Shown here: positions 38,737 to 54,000 of the stretch, one piece after another
How the letters are laid out: every line of letters begins with the position of its first letter
Position numbering within the stretch: the first letter of the stretch is position 1
Assembly (NCBI GenBank): GCA_964016885.1
Contig: OZ024744.1
Coordinates: 48,360,001-48,424,000 of the forward strand
DNA from: Eledone cirrhosa
Lineage: Eukaryota
Reading direction: 5' to 3'
Length of the DNA: 64,000 nt
Program-made: the position numbers and the translations under genes
The notes under the pieces: model-generated
The model's input: only the letters and a program-made list of their open reading frames with translations
Databases searched by the model: none
What the model was told of the DNA's origin: nothing

Positions 38737-39354
38737 ATATATATATATATATATACATACAAACACACACACACACACACATATATATAAGAGAGAGAGA
38801 GAGGAGAGAGAGAGTTAGATATATATGATATATATATATAATACAGATACATAGGCTTATACAAACACATAGCGAGAGTAAGGGGGGTGTTTGGGCCCCT
38901 ATAATTATGCTCCTGACACCTCAAGAGATGTGATAATAATAAAAAAGCCCCTTTTCTTGAGCACAATTCTTTTATTTCTCCAGGAGAGCCTATGTTTTTT
39001 GTTTCTCTGTTACCCCTTCATACCTGCCCCCCTGTTTTACTATATATATTTCCAAATTTGACACTTTTATTGGTGTAGTATGTCGGTGTGGAGGTGTGGG
39101 TAGTTTGCTGTGTGTGTGTGTGTGGTATAGGTAGTTTACAGAGTGTGTGTGTGTATGTGTGTGTGGTGGTGTGGGTAGTTTCCAGTGTGTGCGTGTGTGT
39201 GTTTAAGTTTGGCCCTCCTGCTAGCTTGATGATTTTGGGAACCACACACACACACAAACACACAAACACACACAATCACACGCATGCATACATACACACA
39301 AACACACACAAACACAAACACACACACACTCACAAACACACAAGCACGCGCACG

Positions 39355-39388
<34 letters not shown>

Positions 39389-39778
39389 AAATAGGGATGT
39401 ATATGCTTAAATGCAGTCTTAGTGCTACTGCCTATGTGTGTGTGTATATATATATATATATAAATTATGCATATATATACACACATACATACGTGCATAT
39501 ATATATATATATGATGCTTAGCCAAGCAGTTACACTGACAGCTACTTGAACCCAGTATCTTTGTCTTCATGCGTGCGTGCGTGCTTATAAGTGTCAATAT
39601 ATAGTGTATATATATATATATATACTTAATTGTATAGCTTTCTCTATGCACTCTGCATAAATATACATTTAAATATATATATACCCTACATTATTTATAT
39701 ATATATATATATATGTATGTATGTGTATATTTATACATATATATGCATGTGTATTTGTGTGTGCATATATGTACATGA

Positions 39779-39813
<35 letters not shown>

Positions 39814-40119
39814 AGAAAGTGAAAGAGAGAGAAAGAGAGAGAGAAAGACAGAAGTAAAGCCCTACAAACCCTTAAAATAAAATAAAAACCCCTAATCCCT
39901 GCTAATTCATTTACCTCTTCCATGACCCCCTAAATAAACACAATAATACACACAATAGGCTGGGAAGGGGCTCAATTTAACTGAAGAATGGAACTAGCCA
40001 TGAGAAGATGCCCCCCCCCCCCTATTTTTATATTTATGGAGTTAATGAGGGAAGCGAGCCATTTTGTTCATGAGATCTGGCTAGCTGGGACCCTACTATA
40101 TATATATATATATATATGT

Positions 40120-40185
<66 letters not shown>

Positions 40186-40629
40186 TACAAATTATTATTA
40201 TATAGAATGTACATATGATGACTGCAGCCTGATGACATCCATCATCCCCATACCAGTAAGTGATGCAGGTCAATGGTTGTATTACCAGGAGGGTTGAAAC
40301 ATAGTTTAGAATGAATTGTGAGGTTTAAATCTTCCTTGAATGGTCAGCATCTGATGAGGTCAAATGTAGGTTTATGGCTTATGTTTGTTTGAGTTCATGG
40401 TTGGCCTTAGTTTCATCAAAGTGTATATATTTATGTTACAGTTAATTGATTACATATATATATATATATCATCATCATCATCATCATCATCATTATCTGA
40501 TGTTGCATGGGACTTTTTTGTGGCAATATTTTTCAGTAAAATGTCTTTCTTGACTGAAACCCTCATCACTTCCAACAATGATACGGTGTAACTATTTTAA
40601 ATCAAATACATACACATATGTATACATGT

Positions 40630-41385
40630 GTTGCTCTTAGATAGAGCATCCAATTGTAGAAACTGTGCCCCAAGTACACCCTGTAAAGTGATTGGTGTTA
40701 GGAAGGGCATCCACTCATAGAAAACCATGTTCCTAGTACACCCTGTAAAGTGATTGGTGTTAGGAAGGGCATCCACTCATAGAAAACAATGTTCCTAGTA
40801 CACCCTGTAAAGTGATTGGTGTTAGGAAGGGCATCCACTCATAGAAAACCATGTTCCTAGTACACCCTGTAAAGGGATTGGTGTTAGGAAGGGCATCCAC
40901 TCATAGAAAACCATGTTCCTAGTACACCCTGTAAAGTGATTGGTGTTAGGAAGGGCATGCTCCTAATAAATGCTGTAAAGTGGTTGATGTGCGGTAGAGC
41001 ATTCAGCTGTAGAAATTATGCTTCCAGTGCAGGCTGTAAAGTGGTTGATGATAAGAAGAGCATCCTGCTATAGAAAACATTCTCCTAGTACACACTGTTA
41101 AGTGGTTGGTGATAGGAAGGGCTTCTAACTGTTGAAATTATGCTCACTATACAAGCTGTAGGGTGGTTGATGTAAGGGAGGGTATCCACCCATAGAAACC
41201 ATGCTCGCATACACACTGTAAAGTAGTTGGTTTAGGAAGGGTATCCATCCATAGAAACCAAGCATCTAGTACACCCTGCAAAGTGGTTGGTGTTAGGAAG
41301 AGAATCCAACCATAGAAATTATGCTCCAAGTACACCCTGCAAAGTGTTGGTATTAGGAAGAGCATCCAACTGTAGAAAACCATGC
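40630..41385 (+). repeat. 62-bp satellite (~12 units) derived from the RTE/SINE GGAAGGGCATCC domain
   Basis: CTGTAAAG at 40681, 40743, 40805, 40867 and 40929, followed by diverged units. Confidence 0.93.
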
Positions 41386-41463
41386 CAGATTAAGTAGTTA
41401 TAAAAATAAGGCATTTAAGACTAGTTCAGCTCTTCCCATCATGGAAAGTAGACATATGGTGAT

Positions 41464-41651
41464 AATTGTTTCTACTTTTGGCACAAAGCCAGCAATTATC
41501 CCAGTGCATTACTGGTACTTTATTTTATCGATCCCGTAAAGATGAAAGGCAAAGTTGACCTCGGCGGGATTGAACTCAGACCATAAAGGGCAGTAACTCT
41601 TTGCTGCAACATGGCGTCCGATGGTCTACCGATACTGCCAATTCACTGCCC
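41464..41651 (-). mobile_element. SINE family S1
   Basis: Reverse complement of 32006-32196. Confidence 0.92.
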
Positions 41652-41851
41652 AGACATATGGTGATAATGATGGTAATTGTTGTTGTGGTGGTCATGATGA
41701 TGATGAGAAGGTGAAAGATGCTGATGACGATGGTGATTGTGATAGCAATGTTGGTGGCTGCTATGATGATAATGGTTGTAGTGGTGGCAGTGGTAGTTGT
41801 GATGGTAGCTATTGTAATGGCGGTGGTTGTCATGATGTTGGTTGTGATTAT

Positions 41852-42042
41852 AATTGTTTCTACTATTGGCACAAGGCCAGCAATTACCCAGTACATTACT
41901 GGTACTTTATTTTAGCGACCCCGTAAGGATGAAAGGCAAAGTTAGCCTCGGCGGGATTTGAACTCAGAATGGCAAGGGCCGTAACTCTATGCATCAAAGC
42001 ATGGCGTCCCACCCTCTATCGATACTGCCAATTCACCGCCCT
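41852..42042 (-). mobile_element. SINE family S1
   Basis: Near-identical to 11671-11850. Confidence 0.92.
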
Positions 42043-42095
42043 TAATGATGATATATATATATATGTGTAAATAAATATATATATACACACACACA

Positions 42096-42141
<46 letters not shown>

Positions 42142-42176
42142 CATACGCTTATATATATACATACGCTTATATATAT

Positions 42177-42223
<47 letters not shown>

Positions 42224-42244
42224 TGCACAAACACACACAGTTGT

Positions 42245-42292
<48 letters not shown>

Positions 42293-42469
42293 GTATGAAT
42301 GTATGTATGTATGTGTAGAGAAGGGGTGTCTTCTTGGATAAGATGAAGTCAGCTAAATAAACCAAGGGACCAACCAGCCAGCCAGCCAGAGTAGAAAGGC
42401 ATGGCACAGTGTGTCAAACATTGTGTATGTGATGGATGATGTGAAGAGCAGCGTGGCTGATTGATGGAG

Positions 42470-42760
42470 GTGCGGTGGTGTGGTGTGGTGTGGTGGTGTG
42501 GTGGTGTGGTGTGGTGTGGTGTGGTGTGGTGTGGTGTGGTGTGGTGTGGTGTTGTTGGTGGTGTTGGCGTTGTGGTGTGGTGGTGGTGGTGGTGGTGGTG
42601 TTGGTGTTGGCTGTCAATGCATCTGCACTGCGGCAAAGGAGTGTGGTGTGGTGGTGGTGGTGGTGGGGAGGGGTTGCTGCTGTAATAGGATGCTAATGCA
42701 AGCAGGCAGTCATGGAAAGAGGGGGGGGGAAGAGAGAGAAAGATATATATATATATAGAA

Positions 42761-42800
<40 letters not shown>

Positions 42801-43380
42801 GGAGAGAGAGAACGAGAGAGAGAGAGGGAGAGAGAGAGAGAGGGAGAGAGAGGGAGAGAGAGAGAGAGAACGAGAGAGAGAGAGAGAGAGAACACCCTAC
42901 CACCACCTTACATGTTTAGTGTTAAAGCTGTGAATTGAAGTGGAGGCGGTAGTGGTGGTGGTGGTGGTGGTGTTGTTGTTGGTGGTGGTGGTGTTGATGA
43001 TGTTGTTAGTGTTGTTGTTTATGGTGATGATGATGGAGATGATTATGGTGATGATGTTGGTGGCAGTGTAGTATGTGTTGTGGGGTGGTGTTGGTAGTGG
43101 TGTTAATGCTGTGTATTGAAGTGGCTCTTGAAGACAGAAGCCAAGGGAGGGAAGGTGGTCTGTGTAATGGTTGTTGTTGTTTGTGTGTGGTGGTAGTGGT
43201 GCTGGTTGGGGTGGTGCTTGTAGTGGTGGTGGTGTGGCTGGTGGTTGGTGTGGTGCTTGTAGTGTTGGTGATGGTGGTGGTGATGGTGGTGGTGGTGATG
43301 GTGTTGGTGTTCGTGGTAGTGGTGGTAGTGGTGGTGGTGGTGGTGGAATGGTGTTGGTGTTTGTGGTAGTGGGGGTGATG
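42470..43380. repeat. Compound (GTGTG)n/(GGT)n/(GA)n simple repeats with short unique islands
   Basis: Directly visible. Confidence 0.9.
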
Positions 43381-43429
43381 AAGAAGATAGTAAATAGATG
43401 AAAACTGAAGACAGAGAAAGAAGAAAGGG

Positions 43430-44680
43430 AAAATACAGAAGACAGAAGACAGAAGAAGAAGCCAAGAATAAATGATTAGATCACATTCATTTTAGATCAG
43501 TTGTCTTTTTAGTGAGAAATATTCTAAATTTCTGTTGCTGAAATTTTAATACAATGGTTTTAAACCTTTATGCTAATTATTTCAGGGAATTTTAAAATGT
43601 TTTCAAACATTTTCAAATCTAAAATCACTGCAAATAAAGAGTAATATGTTGAAGAAGATATGATACGATCATGAAATGCAAAAATATGGTATCCATTTTA
43701 GATCTCTCTTTTTGTTCATAAGAAATACCACCAACACCCACATACACATACACACCACCACCATTGCCACCCCCGCAAAAAAAAATTAAATCTTTTTTTC
43801 TGTTGCCGAAATTTTAATACAATCTCTAAACCTTTATGCTAATAACTTTTTGACTCTAAAATTGCTGAAAATGAAGATGAAGATGATGGTGAAGAAGAAA
43901 GTGAATAAGATAGTGAATAAGATATGATCATAAAATGCCAAAGTACTATCCATCTTAAATCTCCTAGTCTGTCTTGTTTTGCGTAAGAGATACACCAAAT
44001 TTCTTGTTTAAATTTTAAAACAATGGCTAAACATTTATGTTAATTATTTCAAGAAATTTTCAATTATTTTTGAATTTAAAATCACTGAAGATGAAGAGGA
44101 ATTTGGTGAGGAAGATGATATCATATCATAAAATGCAAATTATGCAGCCATCTTACATCTTTAAAAAAACATTTGTTTCTCTTGCCAAATTTTTAAAACA
44201 ATAGGTAACCTTTTATGTGAAACAACTTAAAAAGAAATTGTATCTAATATCCCTAAAAAATGGTGAACATAAATAACAAAAATAACATTTATCTTTTCTT
44301 TGTTGTTGTTGTTTTTTCATAAGAAATATTTTAATAAAATTTTTTTTCTGTTGCCTAAAATTGCATACAATATTTGTAACCTTTATGCTAATTAGCTTCA
44401 AGAAATTTTCAAACATTTTCAATAATTTTGAAATCTAACATCACCGACAAAGAAGAATATCATACAGTATGATCTTAGAAGATGTAAAGCTATGGCTTTT
44501 CTTTTTGTTTCTGTTACCAAAATCTTAAAACAATAGGTAACCTTTTATGTTAAATAACTTAAAAAGAAATTTCCAATCAGTTTTATATCTAAGATCTCTG
44601 AATATGAAGAATTTGTCAAAGATGATATGATATGATTATAAAATGCAAACAAAATATGGTATCCAATTTAAGCCATAGCT
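43430..44680. repeat. Degenerate AT-rich tandem repeat, ~165-270-bp spacing, ~6 units
   Basis: TTTCTGTTGC..AAATTTTAA.ACAAT..AACCTTTATG.TAA at ~43529, 43797, 44000, 44176, 44345 and 44508. Confidence 0.75.
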
Positions 44681-44815
44681 AGGATCTGTCTTTCATTAGA
44701 AATATGGTAACAAAAGGGTTAAAAACCATAGGCAGTGCCTGTCTTTCATTAGAAATCTAGTAACAAAAGGGGTAAATTTAATCAATGAAATCTGTTTTTT
44801 TGACAGCCATCAGGG

Positions 44816-44897
<82 letters not shown>

Positions 44898-45325
44898 TGT
44901 ATGGTTGTCAAAGTGATTTAGTGGCTCTGGTTGTTTATTCTCAAAGTGTGTGTGGGGGTCTTTGATTAATCTTGATTGAGGAGTCTTCAGGAAGTGACAT
45001 TTTAAGAGGGAACTGGCAGCTAGAACCATTGCCAGGGCTTGACAAGTTGATGGACATGAGTTGGGCAATCTTTTTAGGGCTTACTAGCTGCTGTTGTTGT
45101 TGCTGCTGTTATTGCTGTTGTTGTTGCTGTTGGCATTGTTGTTGTATCAAATCTAACTCATACAATGCCATACAATAGAAATTAATTTCAGTACACCATT
45201 AGATTAGATGTAGGCATAGCTGTGTGGTTAAGGAGTTCGATTTCTTAGCAATCATGTGGTTCAGGGTTCAGTCTCACTATGTGTGTATGCGTATGTAGAA
45301 GAATTTACTTATTCATTCATGTGTA

Positions 45326-45380
<55 letters not shown>

Positions 45381-45412
45381 ACATTAAATGATAATGATGA
45401 TGATATATATAT

Positions 45413-45572
45413 GTAGAGTGGGTAATAGAAAAATGTTAAACCCCGACGGCTATTTCTGGACTGAGCTCTGCCGTCGGGGTTTAACATTTTCCTATTACCC
45501 ACTCTACTACCCTAAGTATTGAGTACTCTGGTGCGTTATAGTCCATCTGGTTCCTTACCACACTTCCTTCGT
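45413..45572 (+). mobile_element. Fold-back element (family F1)
   Basis: Arms GTAGAGTGGGTAATAG..CCCCGACGGC / GCCGTCGGGG..CTATTACCCACTCTAC, followed by the F1 tail. Confidence 0.85.
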
Positions 45573-45600
45573 TATATATATGTATACATATATATATATA

Positions 45601-46204
45601 AAACCTCAGTCTCCTCTGTGTCACTTTTGAGCTGAATTTTAGGGAGGCTCCCATATAGCTCTGAGTTTTTCATCCTCAGTGTATATTGATTAATGTTCAG
45701 AGCCATCCTCAGCATTCTCATGTAGCACCCATCCACCATCTGAGTGAGTTTATTGGTCAGTGTCCAAGTCTCAGACCCGTACAGCAGCACAGACTCCACT
45801 ACAGCAATGAAGAGGCGGATTTTCAGGTCTTTACGAAGGTCCGACTTCCACACCGATCTCAAGCTGTGGCACGCCGCCCGGGCTTTGTTATTCTTCTCAA
45901 CCACACCATCTTCCATATTCCCAATCTTTGCTTCCAAATACAGGAAGTCCTCAACCAATTCTAGCGGCTTCCCTCCTACATTAGTGATCCCCTCTGGCTT
46001 CTCAACATTCTCTACCATGCTCACCGACATCCAGAGTTGACATTGCACTCAGTTGCCCTGTGGGAGCCCCTACATAGACACACTGGAAGAGGAAGACCAA
46101 GTTAGCGTATGTTGATGCCCTAAGGACATACACTGGCGATAATGAGGGACAAAGACCGCTGGAGAGAACTCGTCCGTCGATCTCAGGAATTTTACCTGCC
46201 CTAG
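45601..46204. mobile_element. RTE-like LINE 3' fragment with 5' inversion
   Basis: Minus 46018-45601: LELVEDFLYL..VESVLLYGSETWTLT..QRRLRF. Plus 46016-46204 continues HAHRHPEL..LWEP..GRGRP..DRWR. Confidence 0.85.
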
Positions 46205-46236
46205 AATATATATATAAAATTATTATTATATCATAC

Positions 46237-46458
46237 TATTTATGTTCTTACATGGAATAAAACATGCTAGCTAAAGTTTCAATCTCCCAAGATCGTGCAT
46301 GGTGGTGCAGAATGGAAGAGCTATCAAATTTGGGACCTAGTTATTCAGCACTTGATCACTCTTCCACTCTGTACTGCCATACACAATCTGGAGAGATACT
46401 CAAAGTTGGATCTTGAAACCTTAGGTAGTGCTTTTTGTTCCATGTGAGAACATAAATA
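46237..46458. repeat. Nested fold-back (outer and inner inverted repeats)
   Basis: Outer arms 46237-46282 / 46413-46458; inner arms 46282-46327 / 46352-46397. Confidence 0.8.
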
Positions 46459-46636
46459 TAATATATTAGCTCTCATACAAGACTGAGAACTGTTTTCCTT
46501 TTACACATCTACTGATATTTTACTACACACACATGCGCATATACACACTCACACACACATACATACCTATATATATGTATAGTATTAAAAAAATCAGAGG
46601 CCATAAACAGTTGATTTAGGTTTATTTAAATCTCCA

Positions 46637-46692
46637 TTTTATATATTTTGCTGAGGTCTACCAATTTTGATAGCCTGAGCTCTTCAGATGGC
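46637..46692 (-). ncRNA. Degenerate hammerhead motif
   Basis: Minus strand: ccat CTGAAGA gct-c-agg-ctatcaa-aa-ttggtag-a-cct-c-agc AAAA tatataaa atgg. GAAA is mutated to AAAA. Confidence 0.5.
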
Positions 46693-47252
46693 ATAAAAAA
46701 CCTATAAAAACTTGAAAACATTAAAAACTTCCTTTAAAAATTGTTTCTTTGCATGATACAAGGGATGGCCAAATGTGTTGTTGTTTTTTCGCTTGCTATC
46801 CCCTGTATATATATACATACTATATTGTAACGGCAGGGTTGACCTGCCATTACAACAACACAGAATCGGTGTGCAATCCCTCAATCAAAATCAGTCCTTA
46901 TTTTCTATTTTCTATTCTCTATTTGTGTTCACCATAATTCTATCTTATATACAACTAATTCTGCAATTAACACCTGATGAAATGGCATAGGTCTTGGATT
47001 ATATTCAGATGATGAAGCTGAATTATGTATAGTGTTTTCGTGGAACTAAACTTATAAAGTTTCCAGTCCGGCCTTCTATTGTTGTTTTTAATGAATATTT
47101 GACTCTGTTCCTGCACTAACCACTGGATACCATATCTATGATGGATGAGCTGCATAACGTTGAGTGCTTTAATTTATTGCATCATCATTTACTAATTGGA
47201 ATTACCAGTTTCACCCATTGGTAAACCATGTAATATGAATGGTATATATATA

Positions 47253-47390
47253 TCATCATCATCGTCGTCATCATCATATTTAACGTCTATCTTCCACGCT
47301 AGCATGAGTTAGACGGGTTTGTCCCATTAGAGGCACGTTGGGTTGGGTGACCGTGTCTTGTTCATATACAACTGTTTCTGGCTAGATAGT
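47253..47390 (-). mobile_element. RTE 3'-end stub
   Basis: (CAT)n then TTTAACGTCTATCTTCCACGCTAGCATG. Confidence 0.75.
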
Positions 47391-47670
47391 AATTTACAGA
47401 TTGACTTTGTTAGTTTCAGAAGACCCAGTTAATGGTGAAAGCAGCGATTCTTTGCTTATATATATATATTTATTAAAATAACAGATTAAAGTTTAAGCAA
47501 AGAATCGCTGCTTTCACCCTTAACGGGATCTTCTGAAACTAAAAAAGTAAATCTGTGAATGCAGAAGTAAATATTTCAAAAAAACGTTGCAACCGAAAGA
47601 AGACAGGAAGATGATACTTTGGTTCGTGGAAACGTTCCCTAGCAAAGAACGGGAAAAAAACGAAGACAAT

Positions 47671-47850
47671 ACGGTGGATTGGCAGTATCAGTAGAGGGTC
47701 GGACGCCATGCTTTCCAGCATAGTAACGTCCCTTTACGATCTTAGTTCAAATCCCGCCGAGGTTGACTTTGCCTTTCATCCTTACGGGGTCGATAAAATA
47801 AAGTACCAGTAATGCACTGGGTGGCCTTGTGCCTAAAGTAGAAACAATTA
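47671..47850 (+). mobile_element. SINE family S1 inserted into one arm of F4
   Basis: Matches 32006-32196; absent from the other arm. Confidence 0.92.
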
Positions 47851-48154
47851 TTTAGTGCAGTGAAAACAATTACACGCAAAGACAAAACCACATTTATGGT
47901 ATAAATGAAGTCGTAGACTAATGTTCTATTAGGTGGTTCATGGAGACGTTCTCTGGCAATGAACGAAAAAAAAACGTGGTTTTGTCTTTGCGTGTAATTG
48001 TTTTCACCGCACCAAATAATGATGTATTATCTTCGTTTTTTTTTCTGTTCTTTGCCAGGAACGTTTCCACGAACCAAAGTATCGTCTTCCTGTCTTCCTT
48101 CGGTTGCAACGTTTTTTGAAATATTTACTTCTGCGTTCACAGATTGAGTTTTTT

Positions 48155-48205
48155 AGTTTCAGAAGATCCCGTTAAGGGTGAAAGCAGCGATTCTTTGCTT
48201 AAACT
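48155..48205 (+). ncRNA. Type I hammerhead with variant core CAGAAGA
   Basis: agttt CAGAAGA t-ccc-gttaa-ggg-t GAAA gca-gcgattctt-tgc TT aaact. Also at 47412-47457(+), 47490-47540(-) and 56910-56960(-). Confidence 0.75.
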
Positions 48206-48737
48206 TTAATCTGTTATTTTAATAAATATTTGCTCTATGGTTCTTATATATTTGATATATATTTATCCTTATTGAGCCCTCTTTGGATTTTAGTCTTCAC
48301 ATTTATTATTATTACTATATATATATAGAGAGAGAGAGTGGAAGGGGATAGATAGATATACATATATGCAAATATGATGGATTCTTTTAAATGCTAGTCT
48401 CTGTCACTGCTCTCTGCATCATTGCCAAAGGGGCGTACAAAAATGGAACATTACAAGGCGTGACGGCGGGGGTTTTACATAAAATCTTTAACAATGATAA
48501 ATAATAATAAACTATATAAAAATAAAACAATTGAAATCCCCATGGGGGGGGGGGGCGTAACGCTACTGCGGGGTTGTTTTACATCCCGTGGATAGAACAA
48601 CTCTCAACACCAGGAACACGTTTTGTAGGTGTTTCCGTCTTCCCTCTGTTTATCTTCCTCAACCTACAGGTTTATATACAGAATAGGCCCATTCACCCGG
48701 GCCATTTTCGCCATATTCACCCACCTTAGATAGATAT

Positions 48738-49375
48738 AATTAGGAATTAGCTTCATGCATAGCTGTATAGAGATATGTATTGAAATTTCGTATTTCTAAA
48801 GAAATACGATATGTTTATACATACACATTTAGAAAGCCGTAGCTATGCAAAAACCGGTGCTATCGCCCTCTGGTGGTGTCCAGCAGAAGCAAGAGGGACA
48901 ATCGTTATGCATTTCAAACTTAACTGGTTCTCATCAGGAGGTTCCCTCCCACTCTTGCGACTGCAAGACATAAAAAAATGTGAAAATATATGGTTTTTCT
49001 CGTCTATGAAGCTGCATAAGTTGGCTCAACTTATAATAAATACAAAATTTCAATACATATCTGTTTACAGGTATGCATGAAGCTAATTCCTAATTCCTAA
49101 AGCCAACTGCTTCATATATAAATGAGATTAATCACTTCATTTACACAGACGAGAAAAACTATATATTCTCGCCTGTCTTCAAGTCCAGCAATCACAAGAG
49201 TGGAGGGATCATCTTGATGAGGACCAGTTAAGTTCGAAATACATGATCGATTGTCCCCCTTGCTTCTGCTGGACACCACCAGAGGGTGATAGCCCCGGTG
49301 TTTTGCATGGCTACGGCTTTCTAAATGTTTATCCATAAACATACCGTATTTCTTTAGAAATACAAAATTTCAATA
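48738..49375. mobile_element. Hammerhead-bearing inverted element (family F5)
   Basis: Arms ~48778-49030 / ~49120-49375. 48738-48797 is also inverted at 49037-49094. HHR cores at 48901-48940(-) and 49211-49251(+). Confidence 0.82.
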
Positions 49376-49996
49376 TATATATATATTATACATCAATGTG
49401 AACTGCTAATTCTAATAGCCATCTTTTCACCTCTTAATTGTGTGTGTGAGACACGTTGGCTGAGTGCTTTTGAAGGGAGCGAAAAGATTGATTCTTTAGC
49501 TTCCCGCCACCACGTCAAATTTGTAAATTGGTGGCTAGTCAAGAGATAGAATCGTATTGTGTGCCAGTTGCTAATCGCTTTACCGTGTCAGTCGTCAGAA
49601 AAAGTCATGACTGGCTTGGACTGGTGTTCAGATTCTGTCGATCGATTGGTTATTGATTAGGCGATACCCGCTGATAAAGCCGCACAAGCCGATTATGCAT
49701 TGTTGCATAATATATGCAGACAGATGGTGCAGTGCACCTTACTGATGCATTAGTGCGACAGAAACTCGAGTCCGGGAACCAATATAGGCACCCGTTTTAC
49801 GCGTGTTGTATTGAAGCATATAACTATGTGTATACTCTGGGAATGTATCTTATATTGCCCATGGAGTACGCTAAGATAAACCGGTACTGGCATTGATAAA
49901 TATGCTGGGTCCATCAACTCCTTATTATATATATATACACACACACACATATATATATATATACATATATGTATACACACACACACACATATATAT

Positions 49997-53240
<3,244 letters not shown>

Positions 53241-53794
53241 CATACATGTATACATATAATGTAAATATAGACTAAAATAAGGCTATTTCAGTCGTATTTT
53301 CACCATGGAACAGCTCAATACAATTACAGGCTAAAATCTAAATTTTGTAGAGTTCCATTTATACAAATTATATTCAGCTATAATTATATATACTATATTA
53401 AAAGTAAGCATTGCAAACAAAAAATACATTTTAAAAGAAAAATATCATTTTACCTACAAACATGTGCTTATACTGCGTGGCTTTACTTGACAAAGAAAAT
53501 TACTAATTAACATAATTAACCAGTAATTTAGATGTCAAAATCATCACTAAGCATAGTCTTAAAACATACATTACAGCTTTTATTCATACTTATATATATA
53601 TTCATACACATACACACACACATACACACACATATATATATGTGTGTGTGTATATATATATATACATATATATATATGCATGTATATATTGTTTTATTGA
53701 TACTTTTTGTCACCAATGTTCTTATATATTTGATACATACACTGATAAATCACACTCATACACAATGCTTATACAGCTATACTTAGACACCTTC

Positions 53795-54000
53795 ACAAAC
53801 TATGTATGGACCTTCCCAACTATATATGTGGTGATACACAACATATTAATAGCAGCAGACACACACTCACATGTCCTCCTTTTCTAAATTTTGTATTTTT
53901 TTTCCTAAAATCTTTCTACTAGTACTCACCTGACAAAGGTCTTAAGTCCAAAACATTGAACTATTTTTTTTTCTCTTTTCTATCTAAGTGTGAACCTAAT
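53795..54000 (+). mobile_element. Decayed PLE terminal repeat
   Basis: CCTGACAAAGGTCTTAAGTCCAAAACATTGA resembles the Neptune HHR; pyrimidine-rich flanks. Confidence 0.4.

Larger units (their letters stand above)
47395..48318. mobile_element. Hammerhead-bearing element (family F4): three pieces forming large inverted repeats
   Basis: Plus 47395-47457; minus 47468-47920 (interrupted by a SINE); plus 47975-48318. Homologue at 56795-57180. Confidence 0.85.

Noticed and set aside
40630-41385. CRISPR-like array
   Set aside because: Units are homologous over their whole length with no unique spacers, the context is eukaryotic, and there are no cas genes.
41576-43465. Gly/Val/His/Thr-rich ORFs resembling structural proteins
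   Set aside because: Derived from (GGT)n/(GAT)n/(GTGTG)n repeats that are open in several frames.
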